DNA of 64,000 nucleotides, from positions 42,906,001-42,970,000 of the forward strand of contig NC_045697.1 in the NCBI RefSeq assembly GCF_009834535.1, read 5' to 3'. Each line of letters begins with the position of its first letter. Position 1 is the stretch's first letter. Below, in pieces: positions 1-11,454 of the stretch. Both the position numbers and the translations under genes were made by a program. The notes under the pieces were generated by a model. That model was not told where the DNA came from, searched no databases, and worked only from the letters and a program-made list of their open reading frames with translations. This stretch comes from Camelus ferus (Eukaryota).

Positions 1-1449
1 CTTCCCAAGTGGATATGAATTTATCCACTTACAATGGCTTCATCATTCAACAACTTTTCTTCAGTACCTTTTCTATATTGATGACAGCCACCCCACTGTC
101 TCCTAGCTGCACGGGCAAGCCTTGAAAAGCCCTTTGTGTGGTACCTTCACTCCCTCCAAATCGGGGAGATCCTTACCTGGGGAGTGGGGGTGTGGTCTGT
201 GAGTCTCAGCTCCACAGCCTAAGTTGGGGCTGTCTATTTGACCTGGTCCTACTCCGCTGGGCAGAAAAGTCGCTTTCCTTTTAAGGCTCTGTTTCCTGGA
301 TCATACCTTTTACCTGAATTGGCACCGTGAGGCTCTCTTTAAAGGACAGGGACTGTATAAGAGCAGAGAATGAGGGAACACAGCCTCCCCAGGGGAAAAG
401 GGCTGTATCTGGTGTGGGAAGGTTTCCCGGAATGGGACAAATGTTCCTTCCTAAAGGAAAAGTTTGGCATGTTTTTTGTGTCCCACCTACAGGCAGGGCC
501 TGAAATAATCTCGCCAAAGCCTGGGAGGTTGTGCCTGGCCTAGGCCTCCTGGAACTTTCTGTACAGGTGATGACAGGGCTTGAAGGCCAGGAAGTCTCAG
601 AAGTCCTTCTAGTTCAAAAAGGGCCTGGAAACAAAAAATGGTAAGTTTGCAGGGGCTGAGGTTCCCTTTGAATCATAAAGTTCTGAAGGAGGCAAATTGG
701 AATTCATCCTGATTAAATGAAAGACAATTTAAAAAACAGTTTGCCTCATTCTATTTGCTCTGAAAGGGATTCTCCACTGAGAAATCCTATATATAGGCTC
801 GAGCTGCGTCCTCTCTTGTCTCTCTAACTTGCACCCTGTGGGTCCTTGAGCCCAGGGGTACAAAGAGGGGCAAGCGTGCACGAGAATGTCTGGTGGGGGA
901 AGGCCAGCGGTGGTACCTGCTGAGTGCATGACACGAGGATTGAGGCAGGTAGAGCTCACTGGATGGGTTTGCTTCTCTAGTTTGCTTCCTGACGGCTTTA
1001 AGCCCAGGGGGCGGCGCCTCTGTGGACACCTGCATCGCACATCCCATCCTCCCAGGAAGCTCGGGCGCTTACCCTCAGGGACAGGTGCTGCAGGTCCCGG
1101 ACCCCTTCAGACCCCCCTAGAGCGGGAAAGGGCGCCTGTGGCCGCAGCCTTCCGTCGTCAGGCTGTCCCTTACTTTATAGACCCCCTCTTCTCGTACTCT
1201 CTCCTCTGAGACCCTCCCAAGATATGCAATGAGCTAAAATCCAGTCACTGGACAGCGGGTCTCAGGGTACTCATCTCCGCACATCACCAGACTCTCGCTA
1301 CCATGTTCTCTAGCTTTCAGAGGTGACAAGGCCCAGGAAATTCTACAGAGTTCGGCAGTGGCAGGCACCAGGTTTCTCTCTCTGGTCCCGGTTCTGCCTT
1401 TTGGCAAATTCCTTACTGACAGCCCAGCCAAACGAAGTGTGTTTGGGAT

Positions 1450-3100
1450 TCAGGACGTTGGTCGCGCCACACCTGGCCCCAGTTCGCTTGAGCCGGGGGC
1501 AGGAGCCAACCCCGGGCCTGTAGCAGGCCCAGCCGCTGGGCACAGTCCTGCGGGGGCCTGGGGGCTCCGCTTGCCATTGCCGCGTGTGCGCAGCCAGTCG
1601 GGCTCCTTTCTGTGGGACAGCTTCCCACTGAAACGACAGGGCTCGCGACCGACCAGATGGGGGCCCACCGATAGTTCCGAGCCCCGCGGTACTATCTTCC
1701 TTTGATAACGCTCTCCCCAGAACTGATCCTCTCGCAAACCGACCCCCCCTCCCCAACACACACACTTGACAGCGCGGCTTCGCAGAGGAATTAAAACCAG
1801 ATACCAAGGGCAGAGCCGAGCACGGTCCACTCTCCTTTCTTTTCCACCCTTAGGAGTTTTAGGCCGAGCCTGGCAGCCCCAAGTAGGCGCTGCGGCCCGG
1901 GCGCGACCCCTGTAGGCTGGGCGGGCTGTTCAGGCGCTCGGGATCCCGGCTGGGGCTGGGCCCACGGAGGCCGAGCGCGCCCCCTGCAGGCATGGCGAGG
2001 ACCCCGACGTCCATGCGCGTTCCGGGCGTGTTGGCCGCGCTCCTCTCGGTCCCGGGTTAGTCTGCGCCTCTGGCGTGGTCTGCGCACCGCGCCTTTGCTG
2101 CCGCCTGCCTGGGGAATGGTCCCCCTTCTGGGCCTCCCCAGGTCGCGGAGCTGCAGTGCGGGGGCAGTAGACGTCACGTGTGCAATTTGTGACGGGCCCT
2201 CTTCCCTGAGCTCCTGCACACAGACCTTCTAGGCGCACCACGCTCGCTTCCGCGTTTCCTGTCTTTTCTCCTTGCTTAACACGAGGAAACCGTTAAGTCC
2301 ACCGCAGCCATGCTGGACTTCACCATTATAAAAAACGCTATTAAATGATATATTTAGAGAAGTATGTGCGCAGGTGTGTACAAAATTCTCTCTCACACAC
2401 ACACTCCTGATCTTCTCCTACCGATTCTCCCCTCAGTACTGCCTCTCCCCTCTTCCCTGCAGCTCCCACCAGGTATGTTCTAGAACAGACACAGGTTGCC
2501 AGCGCCGTCCACCAGCTGTCCCGAACATCAGTTACAAATCTCCTCGAGGGACGAAAACATCTGTTCGGGTAGAGGCTGGAAGCCGAGGCGGCGGGTGTCG
2601 CGCGGCAGGTACGCACCACACTCCGGCGCGGCGCCAGGGAAGAAGGGCCCCTGACAGTCATGAAGGATTATCGAGATCGAAGATGCCCCTCGCGGAAGGG
2701 CACCGCTAGGGCGTGCCGCGGCCTCTCACGCCCTGCCGCACCGCGGCCTCTCACGCCCTGCCGCACCCACCTCCGACCTTTATTCTTTCCCCACCACCAC
2801 TAGGCTCGTATGGGGCCCTTTCCTCCACCCTCCACGTTCGCTCCAGAGAAAGGTTTGCGCGCGCACCCCTGTCGCCGAGCGCGCCGGCTGGGTGCGGGTG
2901 GAAGGGCGCGGCGCGGCGGCGGCGCGCTGCGGGCGCAGGAATGGGGCGCTGTGGCCCGCGCGCTGCCGGCACCCCGGCTCGTAAACACCGCCGAAGAGCG
3001 CGTTTGAGCCGTTCTTCCAGAGACAGGGAAGGTAGGCAGGGCCGCCCGCAGTTACGAGTACATTTTTTGTTTAGTTACATTTTACTAGGTAGTACGCGTA
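1450..3100. promoter_or_regulatory. CpG island / probable promoter region
   Basis: Sharp rise in GC and CpG (CGCG, GGCGGCGGCG runs) against an AT-rich, CpG-poor window. Contains TATAAAA 2327-2333, GACGTCACGTG 2170-2180 and a donor-like AAG|GTAGGC at 3031/3032. Boundaries approximate. Confidence 0.85.
2716..2765 (+). repeat. Perfect 2 x 25-bp tandem duplication
   Basis: CCGCGGCCTCTCACGCCCTGCCGCA at 2716-2740 and again at 2741-2765. Confidence 0.95.
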
Positions 3101-3699
3101 CCTGGTGAAAAGAAATTCAAGCGGGACAAAAGGATGCGCATGCAAGCAGGTATTTGAATATAACCTCCTGGGTGCCTTATCTGTGAAGTGTCCAAGCTCT
3201 TGAATTTCTGGGCTCAGAGAGACGTTCGTGGGTCCCTTGCCCACAGACTCGGGTGGGGGGCTGTTTCCCGAGTCATCCACAAACGCTGACGATTTCTCAC
3301 TTGGTAGTTTCTCATGGCCCCTGCTCAGCAGCAGTTCGCTGTGTGGTTCTCAGTAGAGCGGCTGCTTGTTCAGCCGGTTCTAGTTGAGCATAACTAGCTC
3401 TGTGACTTCAGAAGTGAGGGTTCCTGGTATCAAACGCTCATTATTGACTACCTTGATGGCCAGTACGGGAGGGAGTATATGGGGGAGGGAGCGGCTTCAT
3501 TTTTCATTTTCCCATTCCATTCACGGTGAACGTATTAATGGTTGATAAAATGTAGTTTGTGACTGTAATTTGGGGACTGAGCTGTCCCAATAAATGTCAC
3601 AAGATATAATACAAAAAGTACCCTCCAACTGTATGCGGGACTGTATTGCTCTCAGTTTTGGCTACGGATGCACTAAAATAACCTGTTAACACACACCAA

Positions 3700-4020
3700 A
3701 GTGCATCCCTATAATAACCTCCTCAATCATTTATTAAAACTCGTGTCAAGCAGGCCCGTATAATTCATCTCTATGCAAATACATCAATGTCAGGCCATTA
3801 GTGTATTGCTCAGGTTTTTATTAAAGTGCATTCTTTTTAATTCAGGCCCGTAAAATACGAGCCCCATTGCTCAAGAATTATAGCAACTATTAGAGTAACA
3901 TATGGGCAACATGCACTCAGAAAATAAAAACCAACAGATAAAGTGGCAGGGTCACATCGCAGGAGCAAACACTTAACAAAATGGCAGTGGGGTAATAGAT
4001 TTTTCTCCCAGAGCCTTTGC
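3700..4020. promoter_or_regulatory. Candidate conserved non-coding element (enhancer-like)
   Basis: No recognisable repeat. Octamer ATGCAAAT 3773-3780, CAGGCCCGTA twice, CAGGCCATTA, several TTTATT/TAAT cores. Conservation not tested. Confidence 0.45.
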
Positions 4021-4764
4021 AGGAGGGTGTCATGGGCATCAACACCTCGGAAAACGCAAGAGCCTCGAAGTTACTCTGCCCTGTCCCAAGCCCAGAACTC
4101 ACCCTAGAAGGCCTTTAGGAGTTAAGAGAGGAAAAGCTTTCAGAGGTCCTGTCTGGCCTCATCTTTCGCTTTGAGGATTTCAACATTCACCAGAGAGAAA
4201 AGTCAGTGTAGGCTGTATAGTTCAAACCATTGTCTGCCTTCTAATCTCCCCACCTCGTCCCTCCTTCGCCCCCCCCTCCCCGCCCCCAGGCCAAGTCTCG
4301 GTGCAAGCTAACACGACCGGGAGCCCCACCCCCCACCTCGGAGTACTTTATGAGATGTTCTTCCCCACCTTGTAGGAAAATTAAGAAGAAATGAACAGGG
4401 CCCAGGAAGGCCCGGGGACTTTCTGGTAAATTTCCTCCTCACGTGTAGAAGCCTGGAGAAAAACTTTCTATAAAATCAATCCATGGCTAAATAGTACGGA
4501 CATTTCCTTTAAACTCCCGACTCAGAAGAAACGTAGTGACCTCTGCCCGCTCCACCCCTTTCTCCCTCCCTTCCCGCAGGGCGCCCGCCAGTTTTCCTGG
4601 TTTGAACGCTTTGGTGTAAATTTTGCTAAACCAGGACAAGCCCTATCTAGGTTGACCCCGGAGGGCCTTCGCTATTTTTTGTACCGATTACAGGGGATGG
4701 TGTGGGGAGCCCTGTATGCCTTCACCAACGCCCAACGCAAAGGTTTGAGGTGGGGTCAGGAGAA

Positions 4765-4780
4765 GGAGGGAGGGAGGAAG

Positions 4781-4815
<35 letters not shown>
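4765..4815 (+). repeat. GGGA/(GA)n microsatellite
   Basis: ggagggagggaggaagggg followed by (ga)n, read directly. Confidence 0.9.
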
Positions 4816-4829
4816 CTATCAAGCCCAAC

Positions 4830-6110
4830 TGAAAGCAGCCGCTGACAAATCTAATAGAGAAGTCAGCAGCAGCAAATTCAGTTTTTTATTTTTAATTCCA
4901 TTAGAACAATCAACGTCTAGAGGCCTAAAAATAAACCTCAAATCCAAAACACAACAGAGCTCTCACAGAAAAATAGAGAGAAAAGGGGAAAAAAACTCTT
5001 AAGAACAATCTCCCAGATTTAATGAGAGAGTCGCCCACATCCTCATCACCCCAGCATGGTAATTGAGCAGATCTATTAACTTGTTACACTAGATTTGTTT
5101 AAAGAGACTATTACACAGTCATTTAATCAATTTGTTACACTGGAGGTCCTGACTTATGAGACACTTGCCTTATGATTCCTTAATGACTGAATTAATTTGT
5201 TTTAATAAAACCAACATTGTGTACAAGTACATTTCTAGAAATGTAATTTTGGAGACGGAACAGTCCAATGCTTCATCTGATTAGGTCCTTTCTATGGTTT
5301 ATCAAAGTCTGTAGTTTCTGACATAGCTGCTTGTATGGAGTATTTTTCTTTTTTATAGCGCCATTAATTTAATATGGATCATTAGTTCTTTATACACATG
5401 CATGTTCTGACAAATGTACCCAATGAATAATGCAGCTAATGTGCTTAGACCCAAATGCATCACATCATAAACAGAGACCTCTGCAAAAATAACAACAATG
5501 AAATAAAACGCCACCTCTAGACACCGTGGTCAGCATCAGGCTAGCATTTCAAGTTACACTTAAGCACTGTTTTGCAGAGCAAGACATGTTTGGCCCCGGG
5601 ATTATATCAACATAACCAACTGGGTCTAACTATGTAGTGAACACAAATAGATTTATGGTGAATTAAGGTTGTCTTGAGAGCAGATGCAGGACAAGAAAAT
5701 CGGTTTTGCTCTTGATGGAAACTGACGTGTGTAGAATAAAATGTAAATAAACACAAAGTCCCCAAGAAAAGAGACTTGATGTTATTGATTATGTAAAATA
5801 ATTGGGACATTACAAATGATAATGTACTACAAATTGTTGGTATTTATGGCTGGATATTTTTGCAGGAAGAAATGATTTAGGCTGTGAAACACCACTTGAA
5901 AAATGGGGCATGATCTGAAGGGCAATAAAAAAATTAATAATGGAGGGAGTGTAATGATCAGTTTGTAGCTGATAACTGATATAAATGGTAACTGAATGAG
6001 CCTGCTGGCGAGGTAAACATTTGAGCCTACAGGAGTATGAGGCAAGTGATGGCCCTGCATGATCACTCGAGGTAAAAAGTGCTTCTGTATAATCTGTAAC
6101 TAAGCACAGA
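4830..6110. promoter_or_regulatory. Candidate conserved non-coding block(s)
   Basis: About 1.3 kb with no recognisable repeat and many TAAT/ATTA, TGTTT, ATCAAAG and CATTGT cores. TTGTTACACT occurs at 5081 and 5132. Confidence 0.45.
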
Positions 6111-7411
6111 AGCCAAATATTGACTAAATAGCTTAACAGTTATTACAGGGAAGAGGGAGAAGCTGGCTATATTTCCAATAAGGAGATGCTTTACAGATCT
6201 TTCTTAACAATGCTGGATAGGCAGGCATTTGAACTTGATTTCATTTTGGAAAATACTCTAGGCTGCATCCATATTCTCAGTATCTTTGAATGCTTTCATG
6301 CCCTCCTTTTGAAACAGAAATGGACATGAAGTTGATGAATGGAATTTATAAATAAAAAGATATGTCTACTTCTGCTGTATCAAGAGTCATTACGATTATT
6401 ACATACCAATGAAACTCAGCTTAGAGGTATATGAATAGAAAGAAACTTGTTCTACAAATAGTCAGAAAAAAAACCCATTAAGATTTCAATAAGAGGTACA
6501 AAAATCAGATGTGGTTATGATTACTGGTTTTGGTTAAACAGTGAATATTATTCACGGTTGGGATTCTTTTTTGAAACTAACTTTCCCCACATGGTCTGTT
6601 GATAAAATGAGCTATTTTTGAGTCATTCACCACAGAGTTTGCGGATAACGTGGAAGATGCCACTAGAGTTTTGGTTTTTGAAGCATAAACGTTTGTAAAA
6701 CAAGGAAGAGTTTTAGAAATCATATAGTTCTACAGTTCTGACATTTCCACAGGCTACATTTATCTTTTCCCTTTCACTAGAGCTCAGTGATTTCTCTGCC
6801 TGAGACAGGAATGTTTATGATGATAAATCAGTGTTGTTTAATTAGATTCATCTTTACTTCATTTTAATGTTAGCTGGAAATGTATTTCTTTAGTTTATAA
6901 AAATGAATAATTTAATCACTCCTTGATATAAAATAAGTGGCTTGAGACCAAAAATCAATGTTGGCTCCTTTTTGGAATTTTTTGACTCATTCTAAATTCC
7001 TTATGTAATATCTTACCCTCTTACTTTAATAAATGAATTTTATGCATTTCTTCCTATTTGTAAGCAGCTAATGTAAAATATATTTGGTATTTATTACAAA
7101 GTAAATGAATTTGACCTTTTGCCCATCTCACCAGATGCTATTTCTGACCATCCCAAAAAGCCTGTGTAAAGTCAACAACATGAAACAGTTGAGGTCACGG
7201 AACCAACTCAAGGTCATTTTAATACTGGCAAAAGGTTAATTAGATCACTGCATTAAAACAGGAATAGACTTTTACTCAACTTCATCTAAAAAGCATAGAC
7301 AAACTTACTTTACCTTTTAAGCTTTCCTTAAAGATTCGAGCTCATTTCTTAGAATGGTAGAAATAACTCTCCGTAAATATAATTTCTAAGATTTCCTTCC
7401 CAAATTTTAGT

Positions 7412-7640
7412 AATATTTGTCATTTATTGGGTGCTTACTGTGTACCAGGCACAATGTAATGTACTTTACACATCTCACATACTTTACGTCATCTCATATA
7501 ATCCTCTCAATAACCCTAGGAAGAAGATATTATTACTACTATTCCCATTTTACAGATGAGTATACTGAGGCTCAGAGAGGTTACTTCCTTGAACAAGATT
7601 AACAGAAGTATTAATCTGTATTCAAATTCTGACTCTAAAC
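7412..7640 (-). mobile_element. MIR SINE
   Basis: Reverse complement of the MIR core (cccattttacagatgag..tactgaggctcagagaggttac) and MIR 3' part (catttattgggtgcttactgtgtaccaggcac). Confidence 0.85.
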
Positions 7641-9161
7641 TTAACTGCTGCCTTCATAAAATATATTACACATCATTTAAAACACATAAGCTCTTTCATA
7701 TCTTAATTTGTCCCCTTTTGTTTTTCATATAGTTTAACGTGATAGAAGTAGCTATGTCGGTTCCAAGAACAATGAACTTTTGTGCTTACCTCATACAACG
7801 CCTCAATAAAAAAGTATGAAGTATGATGCTAAATCAGTGTTTTTTAGTGCAAACTGTCCCATAGTGTGTATGACAATAAACATTACCAAGTGTAAATGGC
7901 CTGCCTGATCTTTGCAAATTAGGAAGTTCTTTTTGGCAACTAAGTGAAATGTAAGAGTAGACAGCAGGATGCCTATTAGTGCCCAGGACAAGTGCTTTAC
8001 TTAATAATTCCTTATGCCCCTGAAGAAAAAGATTTGCACTCTCCAACTGTCCAAGGGACAGTTTCTTATAGGACTCTGTTGTTTCTAGAAAGAAACTTCT
8101 TTCCTAATAAATTGACTGACGGACTGTTAATTACATCATGTTAGTTCACATGGATGCTCCTCAGACAAACCCTGGTAACTTTCATCATGACTTAGGAATA
8201 GTTAGAACATTTCGGGTAACCATCCCTCTTTAGAGTTACTTTTCCTGGAGTCTGGGAGGATTTGTTATTCAGAACTGTACCTTGGCACTGTATTGTTTTC
8301 TAATTGTTTTATCCAGTTATTAACCTGCTTTCCCAAGTAGACTGGACTAAATAGTTTGAAGGGAAAAATACACATTCTGCCGTAGTCTTTCTTCATCCAT
8401 ATTATTTTTCTGCTTGGTCTCTGAAATGTAATTCTGGGACATTTGCAGGCCACAGATTGCAGAGATGATCTTCTCATAAACTTATGTGTGCAGCTGGACG
8501 TCCTCTGGGACAGAGTTAAAAAGAAAGAATTCGTAAAAGGAGACAAGGTAAGTCAGACAAATGGTTTATTGTTGGGGCCCATGGGGAATTTTCCTTTTTG
8601 AATGACAAAATTATGATAATTTAATGAATATACCCATTCCTCAGATTCTAGAGTTACCATAGTTTCCAACATAGAATTTAACTCTCATGTATTAAATATA
8701 ATAATACCTAAAGTCTACTCTGAGGGCTGCCATGTACAATTTATGGTCTCCCAACCACTGCCGAGAACTCAAGAGTCCAACTCCACCCTGATGTACCACA
8801 GAGGCAGCAAATCCTATTTCCAAATTCTATGTGTTTGGACTCTATTTAAGTGGTTCTTGGTCAGGACTTTTCAGCTCATGATCACTGTGGGCAGACTGAA
8901 TGCTCCTGCTTTAGGTGAACTCCAAGGCAAGATGCTCCAGTTGTGAAATCTGGCCATAAAATCTCAAGGCAGAACTTGCCCGTGGATCTGGAAAACCCTT
9001 CTTAGCTTTTCTCCTCGTTCTAATTTGGGACCTAGGCCAACTCTTTGGCCTTTCCTCTAGGGCTTTTATGAGACATCATGTCCTGTCTTGCAATCTTTAG
9101 ACTGTAGTGAATCTCCAGATGGAAATGTAGCATCTTCTGGCTTTATGACCAATGGCATAGC

Positions 9162-9260
9162 AAAATTAAGTGAGATAATATGTAATGTACCTACAATAAT
9201 GCTTGGCATGAAGTAAGGGTATAGTAATTGGTAGCTGTTGTTATTATTGATGTTATTATT
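9162..9260 (+). mobile_element. MIR 3' fragment
   Basis: aattaagtgagataatatgtaa..tgcttggcat..tagctgttgttattatt resembles the MIR 3' end. Confidence 0.55.
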
Positions 9261-9278
9261 ACTGTGACTATTGCTGTT

Positions 9279-10730
9279 TCTGTTTTTTTCCCGGCATTAT
9301 TGAGATATAATTTACATAACATCACTTAAGTGTAAGGTGTACAGTGTGCTGCTTTCATATACGTATGCATTGTGAAATGATTACCACAATAAGATTAGTT
9401 AGCACATTCTTCACTTTACATAATTACCATTTTTTGTTGTTCTTTTGATAAGAACATTTAAGATTTACTCTTTTACCAACTTTTAAGTATACAATGCAGT
9501 GTTGTTAGCTATAGTCACCGTACTGTACATTAGATTCCCCAGAACTTATTCATCTTATAACTGAAAGTTTGTTCCCTTTAATCATCTTCCCATTTCCCCA
9601 CTGTCGGTGTCGCGATACCATGTACACTTACACACCGTATGCGGAGAGAGCTGATGGCTACTCTGAAGCTTTATTAAGTTGCAAAGTCTTATATAGCAAA
9701 GAAGAATGACAAGGGAAATGGTTAACAGGCAGCGTCTGGCTCAAGGTCAGAAGACCCTTTATGTTTTGGTAAATCATGTTCGTGTTGGCACCAGCGAGCC
9801 TTACAGCTTATCAGGGCGGAATGTAAGAAACGGCTGCTTCACAATATTCCTCTTGGACTCAGGCGGTTGTGCCTGTCTTAGGTTGCCCCCCTCTGGGGAT
9901 CTTACCCATCCTTGGCTAACCAGCCTTCTCACCTCTGAGTCTGCAGCTTTTTATAACTTGTTTACCGTTCTAGCCCAAGGCTCCTTCCCTTGTTCCCACA
10001 GTCGGGGGCCTACACCCACCACCTAGCCCCTTACAGTTACCAACCAATCTGTTCTTTGTTTCTAAGAGTTCTGCTTTTTGAGATCCACATGTAAATGAAA
10101 TCCTACAGAATTTGTCTTTCTCTCTCTGACTTATTTCACTTAGCATAATGCCCTCAAGGTCCAACCATGGTGTTGCAAACGGCAGGATTCCTTTCTTTGT
10201 TATGACTGAATAACATTCTCTCTCTCTCTCTCTCACATTCTCTTTACCCATTCATTCGTTGATGGACACTTAGGTTGTTTCCATGTCTTAGCTGTTGTGA
10301 ATAATGCACTGCAACGAACGTGGGGGTGCAGATATCTCTTTGATATCTTGCTTTCATTTCCTTTAGACACATATGCAGAAGTGGGATTGCTGGATCATGT
10401 GGTAGCTCTGTTTTTAAGTTTTTGAAAACATACATACTGTTTCCCCCAGTGGCTGCATTAATTTACATTCTCAACAACAGTGCGCAAGTCCCCTTTTCTC
10501 CACATCCTCACCAATTCTTCTCTCTGTCTTTTTGACGATAGCCTTCTCCAGATGTGAGTTAATTTCTCAGTGTGGTTTTGACTACCATTTCCCTAATGGC
10601 TAGTGTTGTTGAGCACCTTCTCATATGCCTATTGGCTACTTATATGTCTTCTTTGGAAAAGTGTCTATTCACATCCTCTGCCCATTTTAAAATCAGATTA
10701 TTTGTATTTTTGCTATTGAGTTATATGAGT
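9279..10730 (-). mobile_element. 5'-truncated L1 (L1MA-like 3' UTR plus ORF2 C-terminus), interrupted by a solo LTR
   Basis: Poly-T at the left end and an L1 3' UTR. ORF2 remnants KTELPHDPAIPLL and ILPFATPWLDLEGIMLSEISQREKDK appear in the minus-strand ORFs. Probable TSD TTGCTGTT at 9271-9278 and 10731-10738. Confidence 0.92.
9602..10014 (-). mobile_element. Solo endogenous retroviral LTR, 413 bp, young-looking
   Basis: TGTCGG...CCTACA termini; TSD CCCAC at 9597-9601 and 10015-10019; minus-strand TATATAA (9689-9695) then AATAAA (9670-9675). It cleanly splits the L1 3' UTR. Confidence 0.9.
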
Positions 10731-11454
10731 TTGCTGTTATTGTTAATAAAGCCAGGTTGTCATAAGAACAACACTGGCCATAATGACCCTAATCAACTTC
10801 GACCCTTGGGAATGACTTCTGAATTCTGAAGCGCCTTGCTCTGAGCACAATACAATGGCTGACATTTTATTTTTGGTACTCCACAGAAGCAAGAGTCAGT
10901 TTGAAGATGGGTCCCCCCACCTCCTTTTATAGGATAGCAATAAACACGGCTGTATCTCATTAAATTTAATGAGTCTTCATAAAATAACCATTACATTCTG
11001 AAAGTAATGAAAGAATAGCTTTGATGGTTAGTAAATAAACTACCAGGGGCAGTTTCATCACATTCTGCGGCTACACGGGGTACAGGCAACATCAGGAAGG
11101 GGCTGTGACATTTTTGTGGTAACACCAAGATAGGCTGTGCTTGGCTTCAGTGCATGAAAACCCATGAGGCAACAATCTTCATTCTGGCCAAAGTGTTCCT
11201 GGCTATGCCTTGGTTGTGAGATGTGATTAAATTGATTGGCTTAAAAATCTGCTAAAGGATTTTATGTGTACCATGTCACTGATACTGAATTTGAATACTA
11301 TCGTAGTAGGTTAGACTAAATAATTTATTTTATAAACATGGAGGTAGAGCAGATTGAATAGAGTATGCAAATTTATGTAAATAACTCTACAAATTCAGAC
11401 TCTTCTGATCCAAGAGCCCTGGTACTTTATAAACAGGCCTGTAACATTGTAAAT

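Noticed and set aside
1001..1018. CTCF-like CCAGGGGGCG (also CGCCACCTCTAG at 5509)
   Set aside because: Only partial consensus matches; cannot be supported without a PWM score or ChIP.
729..3108. Many overlapping 100-154 aa ORFs on both strands
   Set aside because: Arg/Pro/Gly/Ala-rich products expected from stop-poor CpG-island DNA; no recognisable domain.
4652..5002. 116-aa ORF
   Set aside because: Starts at TTG, runs through a GA microsatellite, and shows no recognisable similarity.
11365..11382. Tandem octamer-like ATGCAAAT..ATGTAAAT
   Set aside because: Very AT-rich context with no other evidence.
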